Source of the DNA: Eledone cirrhosa
Taxonomy: Eukaryota
Reading direction: 5' to 3'
Length of the DNA stretch: 64,000 nucleotides
Assembly: GCA_964016885.1 (NCBI GenBank)
Contig: OZ024744.1
Coordinates: 12,896,001 to 12,960,000, forward strand
Shown here piece after piece: positions 26,701 through 41,899 of this stretch (the first letter of the stretch is position 1; each line of letters starts with the position of its first letter). Below the pieces are notes generated by a model. That model ran no database searches. It saw nothing but the letters and a program-made list of their open reading frames with translations, and was not told the origin of the DNA. The translations under genes were made by a program, and so were the position numbers.

Positions 26701-27605
26701 CTCTCTAAATTGAGAGATCACAATTCCAATACTACAGACATGTGGTTAGAATGTCTCAGTAGATTAGAGTGTCACTCCAGTTAAAGCTACTCTCTAAATT
26801 GAGAGATCACAACTCCCATACTATGGACATGGGGTTAGAATGTCTCAGTAGATCAGAGTGTCACACCAGTTAAAGCTACTCTCTAAATTGAGAGATCACA
26901 ACTCCCATTCTATGGACATGTTGTTAGAATGTCTCAGTAGATCAGAGAGTCACTCCAGTTAAAGACACTAATTCTCTAAATTGAGAGATCACAACTCCCA
27001 TACTATGGACATGGGGTTAGAATGTCTCAGTAGATCAGAGTGTCACTCCAGTTAAAGCTACTAATTCTCAAAATTGAGAGATCACAACTCCAATACTATG
27101 GACATGTGGTTAGAATGTCTCAGTAGATCAGAGAATCACTCCAGTTAAAGACACTAATTCTCTAAATTGAGAGATCACAACTCCCATAATATGGACATGG
27201 GGTTAGAATGTCTCAGTAGATCAGAGTGTCACTCCAGTTAAAGCCACTCTCTAAATTGAGAGATCACAACTATAATACTATGGTCATGTGGTTAGAATGT
27301 CTCAGTAGATCAGAGAGTCACTCCAGTTAAAGCCACTAATTCTCTAAATTGAGAGATCACAACTCCCATACTATGGACATGTGGTTAGAATGTCTCAGTA
27401 GATCAGTGTGTCACTCCAGTTAATGCCACTCTCTAAATTGAGAGATCACAACTCCAATACTATGGACATTGGTTTAGAATGTCTCAGTAGATCAGAGAGT
27501 CACTCCAGTTAAAGCCACTCTCTAAATTTAGAGATCACAACTCCCATAATATGGACATGTAGTTAGAATGTCTCAGTAGATCAGAGTGTCACTCCAGTTA
27601 AAGTC
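23740..27605. repeat. Dispersed copy of block ~10250-13590
   Basis: Offsets 13477 (10791/24268), 13566 (11271/24837; 11991/25557) and 14019 (12371/26390; 12441/26460; 12651/26670; 13501/27520). The steps of 89 and 453 bp equal whole-monomer indels. Confidence 0.88.
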
Positions 27606-30600
27606 ACTCTCCAAATTGAGAGATCACAACTCCCATACTATGGACATTGGTTTAGAATGTCTCAGTAGATCAGAGTGTCACTCCAGTTAAAGCTACTCTG
27701 TAAATTGAGAGAACACAACTCCAATACTACTGACATGTGGTTAGAATGTCTCAGTAGATCAGAGTGTCACTCCAATTAAAGCCACTCTCTAAATAGAGAG
27801 ATCAAAACTCCAACACTATGGACATGTGGTTAGAATGTCTCAGTAGATCAGAGTGTCACTCCAGTTAAAGCTACTCTCTAAATTGAGTGATCACAACTCC
27901 CATACTATGGATATGGGTTTAGAATATCTCAGTAGATCAGAGTGTCAATCCACTTAAAGCCACTCTCTAAATTGAGAGATCACAACTCCCATACTATGGA
28001 CATGTGGTTAGAATGTCTCAGTAGATCAGAGTGTCACTCAATTTAAAGCTACTAATTCTCTAAATTGAGAGATCACAACTCCCATACTACGGACATGTGG
28101 TTAGAATGTCTCAGTAGATCAGAGTGTCACTCCAGTTAAAGCTACTAATTCTCTAAATTGAGAGATGACAACTCCCATACTATGGACATGTGGTTAGAAT
28201 GTCTCAGTAGATCAGAGTGTCACTCCACTTAAAGCTACTATCTAAATTGAGAGATCACAACTCCCATACTATGGACATGTGGTAAGAATGTCTCAGTCGA
28301 TCAGAGAGTCACTCCAGTTAAAACTACTAATTCTCTAAATTGAGAGATCACAACTCCGACACTATGGACATGTGGTTAGAATGTCTCAGTAGATCAGAGA
28401 GTCACTCCAGTTAAAGCAACTCTCTAAATTGAGAGATCACAACTCCAATACTACAGATATGTGGTTAGAATGTCTCAGTAGATCAGAGAGTCACTCTAGT
28501 TAAAGCAACTCTCTAAATTGAGAGATCACAACTCTCATACTATGGACATGTGGTTAGAATGTCTCAGGAGATCAGAAAGTCACTCCAGATAAAGCTACTA
28601 ATTCTATAAATCGAGAGATCACAACTCTGTTACTATGGACATGGGGTTAGAATGTCTCAGTAGATCAGAGTGTCACTCAAGTTAAAGCCACTCTCTAAAT
28701 TAAGAGATCACAACTATAATACTATGGTCATGTGGTTAGAATGTCTCAGTAGATCAGGGAGTCACTCCAGTTAAAGACACTAATTATGTAAATTGAGAGA
28801 TCACAACTCCCATACTATGCACATGTGGTTAGAATGTCTTAGTAGATCAGAGAGTCACTCCAGTTAAAGCCACTCTCTGAATTAGGAGATCACAACTCCC
28901 ATACTATGGACATGTGGTTAGAATGTCTCAGTAGATCAGAGAGTCACTCCAGTTAAAGCTACTCTCTAAATTGAGAGATCACAACTCCCATACTATGGAC
29001 ATGTGTTTAGAATGTCTCAGTAGATCAGAGAGTCACTCCAATTAAAGTCACTCTCCAAATTGAGAGATCACAACTCCAATACTATGGACATTGGTTTAGA
29101 ATGTCTCAGTAGATCAGAGTGTCACTCCAGTTAAAGCTACTAATTCTCTAAATTGAGAGATCACAACTCCCATACTATGGTCATGTGTTTAGAATGTCTC
29201 AGTAGATGAGAGTGTCACTCCAGTTAAAGCTACACTCTAAATTGAGAGATCACAATTCCAACACTACAGACATGTGGTTAGAATGTCTCAGTAGATTAGA
29301 GTGTCACTCCAGTTAAAGCTACTAATTCTCTAAATTGAGAGATCACAACTCCCATACTATGGTCATGTGTTTAGAATGTCTCAGTAGATGAGAGTGTCAC
29401 TCCAGTTAAAGCTACACTCTAAATTGAGAGATCACAACTCCCATACTATGGTCATGTGGTTAGAATGTCTCAGTAGATCAGAGTGTCACTCCAGTTAAAG
29501 CTACTAATTCTCTAAATTGAGAGATCACAACCCCCATACTATGGACATGTGGTTAGAATGTCTCAGTAGAACAGAGAGTCACTCCACTTAAAGCCACTAA
29601 TTCTCTAAATTGAGAGATCACAACTCCCATACTATGGACATGGGGTTAGAATGTCTCTGTAGATCAGAGTGTCACTCCAGTTAAAGCTACTAATTCTCTA
29701 AATTGAGAGATCACAACTCCAATACTATGGACATGTGGTTAGAATGTCTCAGTAGATCAGAGAGTCACTCCAGTTAAAGACACTAATTCTCTAAATTGAG
29801 AGATCACAACTCCCATTCTATGGAAATGGGGTTAGAATGTCTCAGTAGATCAGAGTGTCACTCCAGTTAAAGCTACTAATTCTCTAAATTGAGAGATCAC
29901 AACTCCAATACTATGGACATGTGGTTAGAATGTCTCAGTAGATCAGAGAGTCACTCGAGTTAAAGACACTAATTCTCTAAATTGAGAGATCACAACTACC
30001 ATACTATGGACATGGGGTTAGAATGTCTCAGTAGATCAGAGTGTCACTCCAGTTAAAGCCACTCTCTAAATTGAGCGATCACAACTATAATACTATGGTC
30101 ATGTGGTTAGAATGTCTCAGTAGATCAGAGAGTCACTCCAGTTAAAGCTACTAATTCTCTAAATTGAGAGATCACAACTCCCATACTATGGACATGTGGT
30201 TAGAATGTCTCAGTAGATCTGAGTGTCACTCCAGTTAAAGCCACTCTCTAAATTGAGAGATCACAATACCAATACTATGGACATTGGTTTAGAATGTCTC
30301 AGTAGATCAGAGAGTCACTCCAGTTAAAGCCACTCTCTAAATTGAGAGATCACAACTCCCATAATATGGACATGTAGTTAGAATGTCTCAGTAGATCAGA
30401 GAGTCACTCCAGTTAAAGCCACTCTCCAAATTGAGAGATCGCAACTCCCATACTATGGACATTGGTTTAGAACGTCTCAGTAGATCAGAGTGTCACTCCA
30501 GTTAAAGCTACTCTGTAAATTGAGAGATCACAACTCCAATACTACTGACATGTGGTTAGAATGTCTCAGTAGATAAGAGTGTCACTCCAGTTAAAGCCAC

Positions 30601-33600
30601 TCTCTAAATAGAGAGATCAAAACTCCAATACTATGGACATGTGGTTAGAATGTCTCAGTAGATCAGAGTGTCACTCCAGTTAAAGCTACTCTCTAAATTG
30701 AGTGATCACAACTCCCATACTATGGACATGGGGTTAGAATGTCTCAGTAGATCAGAGTGTCAATCCACTTAAAGCCACTCTCTAAATTGAGAGATCACAA
30801 CTCCCATACTATGGACATGTGTTTAGAACGTCTCAGTAGATCAGAGTGTCACTCCAGTTAAAGTTACTAATTCTCTAAATTGAGAGATCACAACTCCCAT
30901 ACTATGGACATGTGGTTAGAATGTCTCAGTAGATCAGAGTGTCACTCCAGTTAAAGCTACTAATTCTCTAAATTGAGAGATGACAACTCCCATAATATGG
31001 ACATGTGGTTAGAATGTCTCAGTAGATCAGAGTGTCACTCCACTTAAAGCTACTCACTAAATTGAGAGATCACAACTCCCATACTATGAACATGTGGTTA
31101 GAATGTCTCAGTCGATCAGAGAGTGACTCCAGTTAAAACTACTAATTCTCTAAATTGAGAGATCACAACTCCGATACTATGGACATGTGGTTAGAATGTC
31201 TCAGTAGATCAGAGAGTCACTCCAGTTAAAGCAACTCTCTAAATTGAGAGATCACAACTCCAATACTACAGATATGTGGTTAGAATGTCTCAGTAGATCA
31301 GAGAGTCACTCCAGTTAAAGCAACTCTCTAAATTGAGAGATCACAACGCCCATACTATGGACATGTGGTTAGAATGTCTCAGGAGATCAGAAAGTCACTG
31401 CAGATAAAGCTACTAATTCTATAAATTGAGAGATCACAACTCTGTTACTATGGACATGGGGTTAGAATGTCTCAGTAGATCAGAGTGTCACTCCAGTTAA
31501 AGCCACTCTCTAAATTAAGAGATCACAATTATAATACTATGGTCATGTGGTTAGAATGTCTCAGTAGATCAGAGAGTCACTCCAGTTAAAGACACCAATT
31601 CTCTAAATTGAGAGATCACAACTCCCATACTATGGACATGGGGTTAGAATGTCTTAGTAGATCAGAGAGTCACTCCAGTTAAAGCCACTCTCTAAATTGA
31701 GAGATCACAACTCCCATACTATGGACATGTGGTTAGAATGTCTCAGTCGATCAGAGAGTCACTCCAGTTAAAACTACTAATTCTCTAAATTGAGAGATCA
31801 CAACTCCGATACTATGGACATGTGGTTAGAATGTCTCAGTAGATCAGAGAATCACTCCAGTTAAAGCAACTCTCTAAATTGAGAGATCACAACTCCAATA
31901 CTACAGACATGTGGTTAGAATGTCTCAGTAGATCAGAGAGTCACTCCAGTTAAAGCTAATCTCTAAATTGAGAGATCACAACTCCCATACTATGGGCATG
32001 TGGTTAGAATGTCTCAGTAGATCAGAGAGTCACTCCAATTAAAGCACCTCTGTAAATTGAGATATCACAACTCCGATACTATGGACATGGGGTTAGAATG
32101 TCTCAGTAGATCAGAGAGTATCTCCAGTTAAAGCTACTCTCTAAATTGAGAGATCACAACTCCAATACTACAGACATGTGGTTAGAATGTCTCAGTCGAT
32201 CAGAGAGTCATTCCAGTTAAAGCTACTCTCTAAATTGAGAGATCACAACTCCCATAATATGGACATGTGGTTAGAATGTTTCAGTAGATTAGAGAGTCAT
32301 TCCAGTTAAAGCTACTCTCTAAATTGAGAGATCACAACTCCCATACTATGGACGTGTGGTTAGAATGTCTCAGTAGATCAGAGAGTCACTCCAGTTGAAG
32401 CTACTCTCTAAATTGAGAGATCACAACTCCGATACTATGGACATGGGGTTAGAATGTCAAAGTAGATGAGAGAGTATCTCCACTTAAAGCCAATCTCTAA
32501 ATTGAGAGATCACAACTCCAATACTATGGACATTGGTTTAGAATGTCTCAGTAGATCAGAGAGTCACTCCAATTAAAGTCACTCTCCAAATTGAGAGATC
32601 ACAACTCCCATACTATGGACATTGGTTTAGAATGTCTCAGTAGATCAAAGTGTCAATCCAGTTAAAGCTACTAATTCTCTAAATTGAGACATTTCAACTC
32701 CAATACTACAGATATTTGGTTAGAATGTCTCAGTAGATCAGAGTGTCACTCCAGTTAAAGCAACTCTCTAAATTGAGAGATCACAATTCCAATACTACAG
32801 ACATGTGGTTAGAATGTCTCAGTAGATTAGAGTGTCACTCCAGTTAAAGCTACTAATTCTCTAAATTGAGAGATCACAACTCCCATACTATGGGCATGTG
32901 TTTAGAATGTCTCAGTAGATCAGAGTGTCACTCCAGTTAAAGCTACTAATTCTCTAAATTGAGAGATGACAATTCCCATAGTATGGACATGTGGTTAGAA
33001 TGTCTCAGTAGATCAGAGTGTCACTCCAGTTAAAGCTACTAATTCTCTAAATTGAGAGATCACAACTCCAATACTATGGACATTGATTTAGCATGTCTCA
33101 GTAGATAAGAGAGTCACTTCAGTTAAAGCCACTCTCTAAATTGAGAGATCACAACTGCAATACTATGGACATGAGGTTAGAATCTCTCAGTAGTTCAGAG
33201 TGTCACTCCAGTTAAAGCTACTCTGTAAATTGAGAGATCACAACTCCAATATTATGGTCATGTGGTTAGAATGTCTCAGTAGATCAGAGAGTCACTCCAC
33301 TTAAAGCCACTAATTCTCTAAATTGAGAGATCACAACTCCCATACTATGGACATGTGGTTAGAATGTCTCAGTAGATCAGTGAGTCACTCCAATTAAAGC
33401 AACTCTGTAAATTGAGAGATCACAACTCCGATACTATGGACATGTGGTTAGAATGTCTCAGTAGATCAGAGTGTCACTCCAGCTAAAGCCACTCTCTAAA
33501 TTGAGAGATCACAACTATAATACTATGGTCATGTGGTTAGAATGTCTCAGTAGATCAGAGAGTCACTCCAGTTAAAGCCACTAATTCTCTAAATTGTGAG

Positions 33601-36600
33601 ATCACAACTCCCATACTATGGACATGTGGTTAGAATGTCTCAGTAGATCAGAGTGTCACTCCAGTTAAATCTACTCTCTAAATTGAGAGATCACAACTCC
33701 AATACTATGGACATTGGTTTAGAATGTCTCAGTAGATCAGAGAGTCACTCCAGTTAAAGCCACTCTCTAAATTGAGAGATCACAACTCCCATAATATGGA
33801 CATGTGGTTAGAATGTCTCAGCAGATCAGAGAGTCACTCCAGTTAACGCCACTCTCTAAATAGAGAGATCAAAACTCCAATACTATGGACATGTGGTTAG
33901 AATGTCTCAGTAGATCAGAGTGTCACTCCAGTTAAAGCTACTCTCTAAATTGAGAGATCACAACTCCCATACTATGGACATGTGTTTAGAACGTCTCAGT
34001 AGATCAGAGAGTCACTCCAGTTAAAGCTACTAATTCTCTAAATTGAGAGATGACAACTCCCATACTATGGACATGTGGTTAGAATGTGTCAGTAGATCAG
34101 AGTGTCACTCCAGTTAAAGCTACTAATTCTCTAAATTGAGAGATGAGAACTCCCATACTATGGACATGTGGTTAGAACGTTTCAGTAGATCAGAGAGTCA
34201 CTCCAGTTAAAGCTACTCTCTAAATTGAGAGATCACAACTCCAATACTACAGACATGTGGTTAGAACGTATCAGTAGATCAGAGAGTCACTCCAGTTGAA
34301 GCTACTCTCTAAATTGAGAGATCACAAATCCCATACTATGGACAATGATTTAGAATGTCTCAGTAGTTCAGAGTGTCACTCCAGTTAAAGCTACTCTGTA
34401 AATTGAGAGATCACAACTCCAATATTATGGTCATGTGGTTAGAATGTCTCAGTAGATCAGAGAGTCACTCCACTTAAAGCCACTAATTCTCTAAATTGAG
34501 AGATCACAACTCCAATACTATGGACATGTGGTTAGAATGTCTCAGTAGATCAGAGAGTCACTCCAGTTAAAGACACTAATTCTCTAAATTGAGAGATCAC
34601 AACTCCAATACTACAGACATGTGGTTAGAATGTCTCAGTTGATCAGAGTGTCACTCCAGTTAAAGGTACTCTCTAAATTGAGAGATCACAATTCCAATAC
34701 TACAGACATGTGGTTAGAATGTCTCAGTAGATTAGAGTGTCAATCCAGTTAAAGCTACTAATTCTCTAAATTGAGAGATGACAATTCCCATACTATGGAC
34801 ATGTTGTTAGAATGTCTCAGTAGATCAGATTGTTACTCCAGTTAAAGTCACTCTCTAAATTGAGAGATCACTACTCCAATACTATGGACATTCATTTAGC
34901 ATGTCTCAGTAGATAGGAGACTCACTTCAGTTAAAGCCACTCTCTAAATTGAGAGATCACAACTCCAATACTATGGACATGAGGTTAGAATCTCTCAGTA
35001 GTTCAGAGTGTCACTCCACTTAAAGCTACTCTGTAAATTGAGAGATCACAACTCCAATATTATGGTCATGTGGTTAGAATGTCTCAGTAGATCAGAGAGT
35101 CTCTCCACTTAAAGCCACTAATTCTCTAAATTGAGAGATCACAACTCCCATACTATGGCCATGTGGTTAGAATGTCTCAGTAGATCAGAGTGTCACTCCA
35201 GTTAAAGCTACTCTCTAAATTGAGAGATCACAACTCCAATACTATGGACATTGGTTTAGAATGTCTCAGTAGATCAGAGAGTCACTCCAGTTAAAGCCAC
35301 TCTCTAAATTGAGAGATCACAACTCCCATAATATGGACATGTGGTTAGAATGTCTCAGTAGATCAGAGAGTCACTCCAGTTAAAGCCACTCTCCAAATTG
35401 AGAGATCACAACTCCAATACTATGGACATTGGTTTAGAAAGTCTCAGTAGATCAGAGTGTCACTCCAGTTAAAGCTACTCTGTAAATTGAGAGATCACAA
35501 CTCCAATACTACAGACATGTGGTTAGAATGTCTCAGTAGATCAGAGTGTCACTCCAGTTAAAGCCACTCTCTAAATAGAGAGATCAAAACTCCAATACTA
35601 TGGACATGTGGTTAGAATGTCTCAGTAGATCAGAGTGTCACTCCAGTTAAAGCCACTCTCTAAATTGAGAGATCACAAATCCCATACTATGGACAATGAT
35701 TTAGAATGTCTCAGTAGTTCAGAGTGTCACTCCAGTTAAAGCTACTCTGTAAATTGAGAGATCACAACTCCAATATTATGGTCATGTGGTTAGAATGTCT
35801 CAGTAGATCAGAGTGTCACTCCAGTTAAAGCTACTAATTCTCTAAATTGAGAGATGAGAACTCCCATGCTATGGACATGTGGTTAGAACGTGTCAGTAGA
35901 TCAGAGTGTCACTCCAGTTAAAGCTACTCTCTAAATTGAGAGATCACAACTCCAATACTACAGACATGTGGTTAGAACGTATCAGTAGATCAGAGAGTCA
36001 CTCCAGTTGAAGCTACTCTCTAAATTGAGAGATGAGAACTCCCATACTATGGACATGTGGTTAGAATGTCTTAGTAGATCAGAGAGTCACTCCAGTTAAA
36101 GCCACTCTCTAAATTGAGAGATCACAAATACCATACTATGGCCAATGATTTAGAATGTCTCAGTAGTTCAGAGTGTCACTCCAGTTAAAGCTACTCTGTA
36201 AATTGAGAGATCACAACTCCAATATTATGGTCATGTGGTTAGAATGTCTCAGTAGATCAGAGAGTCACTCCACTTAAAGCCACTAATTCTCTAAATTGAG
36301 AGATCACAACTCCAATACTATGGACATGTGGTTAGAATGTCTCAGTTGATCAGAGAGTCACTCTAGTTAAAGACACTAATTCTCTAAATTGAGAGATCAC
36401 AACTGCCATACTATGGACATGTGGTTAGAATGTCTCAGTAGATCAGAGTGTCACTCCAGTTAAAGCCACTCTCTAAATTAAGAGATCACAACTATAATAC
36501 TATGGTCATGTGGTTAGAATGTCTCAGTAGATCAGAGAGTCACTCCAGTTAAAGACACTAATTCTCTAAATTGAGAGATCACAACTCCCATACTATGGAC

Positions 36601-39600
36601 ATGGGGTTAGAATGTCTTAGTAGATCAGAGAGTCACTCCAGTTAAAGCCACTCTCTAAATTGAGAGATCGCAACTCCCATACTATGGACATGTGGTTAGA
36701 ATGTCTCAGTAGATCAGAGTGTCACTCCAGTTAAAGCTACTCTCTAAAATGAGAGATCACAACTCCAATACTATGGTCATGTGGTTAGAATGTCTCAGTA
36801 GATCAGAGTGTCACTCCAGTTAAAGCCACTCTCTAAATTGAGAGATCGCAACTCCCATACTACGGACATGTGATTAGAATGTCTCAGTAGATCAGAGTGT
36901 CACTCGAGTTAAAGCTACTCCTTAAATTGAGAGATCACAACTCCAATACTACAGACATGTGGTTAGAATGTCTCAGTAGAACAGAGTGTCACTCCAGTTA
37001 AAGCCACTCTCTAAATTGAGAGATCACAACTCCAATACTACAGACATGTGGTTAGAATGTCTCAGTAGATTAGAGTGTCACTCTAGTTAAAGCTACTAAT
37101 TCTCTAAATTGAGAGATCAGAACTCCCATACTATGGACATGTGTTTAGAATGTCTCAGTAGATCAGAGTGTCACTCCAGTTAAAGCTACTAATTCCCTAA
37201 ATTGAGAGATGACAATTCCCATACTATGGACATGTGCTTAGAATGTCTCAGTAGATCAGAGTGTCACTACAGTTAAAGCTACTAATTCTCTAAATTGAGA
37301 GATCACAACTCCAATACTATGAACATGTTGTTAGAACGTCTTAGTAGATCAGAGTGTCACTCCAGTTAAAGCGACTCTCTAAATTGCGAGATGACAACAC
37401 CAATACTATGGACATGGGGTTTGAATGTCTCAGTAGATCAGAGTGTCACTCCAGTTAAAGCCACTCTCTAAATTGAGAGATCACAACTCCAATACTATGG
37501 ACATTGATTTAGCATGTCTCAGTAGATAAGAGAGTCACTTCAGTTAAAGCCACTCTCTAAATTGAGAGATCACAACTCCAATACTATGGACATGAGGTTA
37601 GAATCTCTCAGTAGTTCAGAGTGTCACTCCAGTTAAAGCTACTCTGTAAATTGAGAGATCACAACTCCAATATTATGGTCATGTGGTTAGAATGTCTCAG
37701 TAGATCAGAGAGTCACTCCACTTAAAGCCACCAATTCTCTAAATTGAGAGATCACAACTCCCATACTATGGACATGTGGTTAGAATGTCTCAGTAGATCA
37801 GTGAGTCACTCCAATTAAAGCAACTCTGTAAATTGAGAGATCACAACTCCGATACTATGGACATGTGGTTAGAATTTCTCAGTAGATCAGAGTGTCACTC
37901 CAGTTAAAGCCACTCTCTAAATAGAGAGATCAAAACTCCAATACTATGGACATGTGGTTAGAATGTCTCAGTAGATCAGAGTGTCACTCCAGTTAAAGCT
38001 ACTCTCTAAATTGAGACATCACAACTCCCATACTATGGACATGGGGTTAGAATGTCTCAGTAGATCAGAGTGTCAATCCACTTAAAGCCACTCTCTAAAT
38101 TGAGAGATCACAACTCCCATACTATGGACATGTGGTTAGAATGTCTCAGTCGATCAGAGAGTCACTCCAGTTAAAACTACTAATTCTCTAAATTGAGAGA
38201 TGACAACTCCCATACTATGGACATGTGGTTAGAATGTCTCAGTAGATCAGAGTGTCACTCCAGTTAAAGCTACTAATTCTCTAAATTGAGAGATGAGAAC
38301 TCCCATACTATGGACATGTGGTTAGAATGTCTCAGTAGATCAGAGAGTCACTCCAGTTAAAGCTACTCTCTAAATTGAGAGATCACAACTCCAATACTAC
38401 AGACATGTGGTTAGAATGTCTCAGTAGATAAGAGTGTCACTCCAGTTAAAGCTACTCTCTAAATTGAGAGATCACAACTCCAATACTATGGACATCGGTT
38501 TAGAATGTCTCAGTAGATCAGAGAGTCACTCCAATTAAAGCCACTCTGTAAATTGAGAGATCACAACTCCCATACTATGGAAATGTGGTTAGAACGTCTC
38601 AGTAGATCAGAGAGTCACTCCAGTTAAAGCCACTCTCTAAATTGAGAGATCACAACACCCATACTATGGACATGTGGTTAGAATGTCTCAGTCGATCAGA
38701 GAGTCACTCCAGTTAAAACTACTAATTCTCTAAATTGAGAGATCACAACTCCGATAATATGGACATGTGGTTAGAATGTCTCAGTAGATCAGAGAGTCAC
38801 TCCAGTTAAAGCAACTCTCTAAATTGAGAGATCACAACTCCAATACTACAGACATGTGGTTAGAATGTCTCAGTAGATCAGAGAGTCACTCCAGTTAAAG
38901 CTACTCTGTAAATTGAGAGATCACAACTCCAATACTACAGACATGTGGTTAGAATGTCTCAGTAGATTAGAGTGTCACTCCAGTTAAAGCTACTAATTCT
39001 CTAAATTGAGAGATCACAACTCCCATACTATGGACATGTGTTTAGAATGTCTCAGTAGATCAGAGTGTCACTCCAGTTAAAGCTACTAATTCTCTAAATT
39101 GAGAGATCACAATTCCCATACTATGGACATGTGGTTAGAATGTCTCAGTAGATCAGAGAGTCACTCCAGTTAAAGCTACTCTCTAAATTGAGAGATCACA
39201 ACTCCAATACTACAGACATGGGGTTTGAATGTCTCAGTAGATCAGAGAGTCACTCCAGTTAAAGCTACTAATTCTCTAAATTGAGAGATCACAACTCCAA
39301 TACTATGGACATGTGGTTAGAATGTCTCAGTAGATCAGAGTGTCACTCCAGTTAAAGCTACTCTCTAAATTGAGAGATCACAACACCAATACTATGGACA
39401 TGGGGTTTGAATGTCTCAGTAGATCAGAGTGTCACTCCAGTTAAAGCTACTCTCTAAATTGAGAGATCACAACTCCAATACTATGGACATTGATTTAGCA
39501 TGTCTCAGTAGATAAGAGAGTCACTTCAGTTAAAGCCACTCTCTGAATTGAGAGATCACAACTCCAATACTATGGACATGTGGTTAGAATCTCTCAGTAG

Positions 39601-41899
39601 TTCAGAGTGTCACTCCAGTTAAAGCTACTCTGTAAATTGAGAGATCACAACTTCAATATTATGGTCATGTGGTTAGAATGTCTCAGTAGATCAGAGAGTC
39701 ACTCCACTTAAGGCCACTAATTCTCTAAATTGAGAGATCACAACTCCAATATTATGGACATGTGGTTAGAATGTCTCAGTAGATCAGAGAGTCACTCCAG
39801 TTAAAGACACTAATTCTCTAAATTGAGAGATCACAACTCCCATACTATGGACATGTGGTTAGAATGTCTCAGTAGATCAGAGAGTCACTCCACTTAAAGC
39901 CACTAATTCTCTAAATTGAGAGATCACAACTCCAATACTATGGTCATGTGGTTAGAATGTCTCAGTAGATCAGAGAGTCACTCCAGTTAAAGCTACTCTC
40001 CAAATTGAGAGATCACAACTCCCATACTATGGACATTGGTTTAGAATGTCTCAGTAGATCAGAGTGTCACTCCAGTTAAAGCTACTCTGTAAATTGAGAG
40101 ATCACAACTCCAATACTACAGACATGTGGTTAGAATGTCTCAGTAGAACAGAGTGTCACTCCAGTTAAAGCCACTCTCTAAATTGAGAGATCACAACTCC
40201 AATACTACAGGCATGTGGTTAGAATGTCTCAGTAGATTAGAGTGTCACTCAAGTTAAAGCTACTAATTCTCTAAATTGAGAGATCACAACTCCCATAATA
40301 TGGACATGTGGTTAGAATGTCTCAGTAGATCAGAGAGTCACTCCAGTTAAAGCAACTCTCTAAATTGAGAGATCACAACTCCCATACTATGGACATTGGT
40401 TTAGAATGTCTCAGTAGATCAGAGTGTCACTCCAGTTAAAGCTACTCTGTAAATTGAGAGATCACAACTCCAATACTACAGACATGTGGTTAGAATGTCT
40501 CAGTAGAACAGAGTGTCACTCCAGTTAAAGCCACTCTCTAAATTGAGAGATCACAACTCCAATACTACAGACATGTGGTTAGAATGTCTCAGTAGATTAG
40601 AGTGTCACTCCAGTTAAAGCTACTAATTCTCTAAATTGAGAGATCACAACTCCCATACTATGGACATGTGTTTAGAATGTCTCAGTAGATCAGAGTGTCA
40701 CTCCAGTTAAAGCTACTAATTCTCTAAATTGAGAGATCACAATTCCCATACTATGGACATGTGGTTAGAATGTCTCAGTAGATCAGAGAGTCACTTCAGT
40801 AAAAGCTACTCTCTAAATTGAGAGATCACAACTCCCATACTATGGAAATGTGGTTAGAACGTCTCAGTAGATCAGAGAGTCACTCCAGTTAAAGCCACTC
40901 TCTAAATTGAGAGATCACAACTCCCATACTATGGACATGTGGTTAGAATGTCTCAGTCGATCAGAGAGTCACTCCAGTTAAAACTACTAATTCTCTAAAT
41001 TGAGAGATCACAACTCCGATAATATGGACATGTGGTTAGAATGTCTCAGTAGATCAGAGAGTCACTCCAGTTAAAGCTACTCTCTAAATTGAGAGATCAC
41101 AACTCCAATACTATGGACATTGATTTAGCATGTCTCAATAGATAAGAGAGTCACTTCAGTTAAAGCCACTCTCTAAATTGAGAGATCACAACTCCAATAC
41201 TATGAACATGTGGTTAGAATCTCTCAGTAGTTCAGAGTGTCACTCCAGTTAAAGCTACTCTGTAAATTGAGAGATCACAACTCCAATATTATGGTCATGT
41301 GGTTAGAATGTCTCAGTAGATCAGAGTGTCATTCCAGTTAAAGCTACTAATTCAATAGATTGAGAGATCACAACTCCCATACTGTGGACATGTGGTTAGA
41401 ATGTCTCAGTAGATCAGAGTGTCACTCCAGTTAAAGCTACTCTCTAAATTGAGAGATCACAACTCCAATATTATTGTCATGTGGTTAGAATGTCTCAGTT
41501 GATCAGAGTGTCACTCAAGTTAAAGCTACTAATACTCTAAATTGAGAGATCACAACTCCCATAATATGGACATGTGGTTAGAATGTCTCAGTAGATCAGA
41601 GAGTCACTCCAGTTAAAGCAACTCTCTAAATTGAGAGATCACAACTCCAATACTACAGACATGTGGTTAGAAAGTCTCAGTAGATCAGAGAGTCACTCCA
41701 GTTAAAGCTACTCTCTAAATTGAGAGATCACAACTCCCATACTATGGACATGTGTTTAGAATGTCTCAGTAGATCAGAGAGTCACTCCAATTAAAGCACC
41801 TCTGTAAATTGAGATATCACAACTCCGATACTATGGACATGGGGTTAGAATGTCTCAGTAGATCAGAGAGCATCTCCAGTTAAAGCTACTCTCTAAATT

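Larger units (their letters stand above)
10901..32800. repeat. Variant domain B of the array
   Basis: Diagnostic alleles CAGATAAAG..TTCTATAAATCG..CTCTGTTAC, GAGTGATC..GATATGGGTTT..GTCAATCC, GTCGATC..AAAACTAC, ATGTCAAAG and CTATAATAC. Boundaries approximate; some alleles continue into domain C. Confidence 0.7.

Noticed and set aside
29416-29973. 31-aa repeat protein if TAA is read as Gln (the 93-bp unit is in frame and its consensus has only TAA stops in one + frame)
   Set aside because: Most units are 89 bp and shift the frame into TGA- or TAG-containing frames. The peptide resembles no repeat family I know, and variants show no obvious third-position bias.
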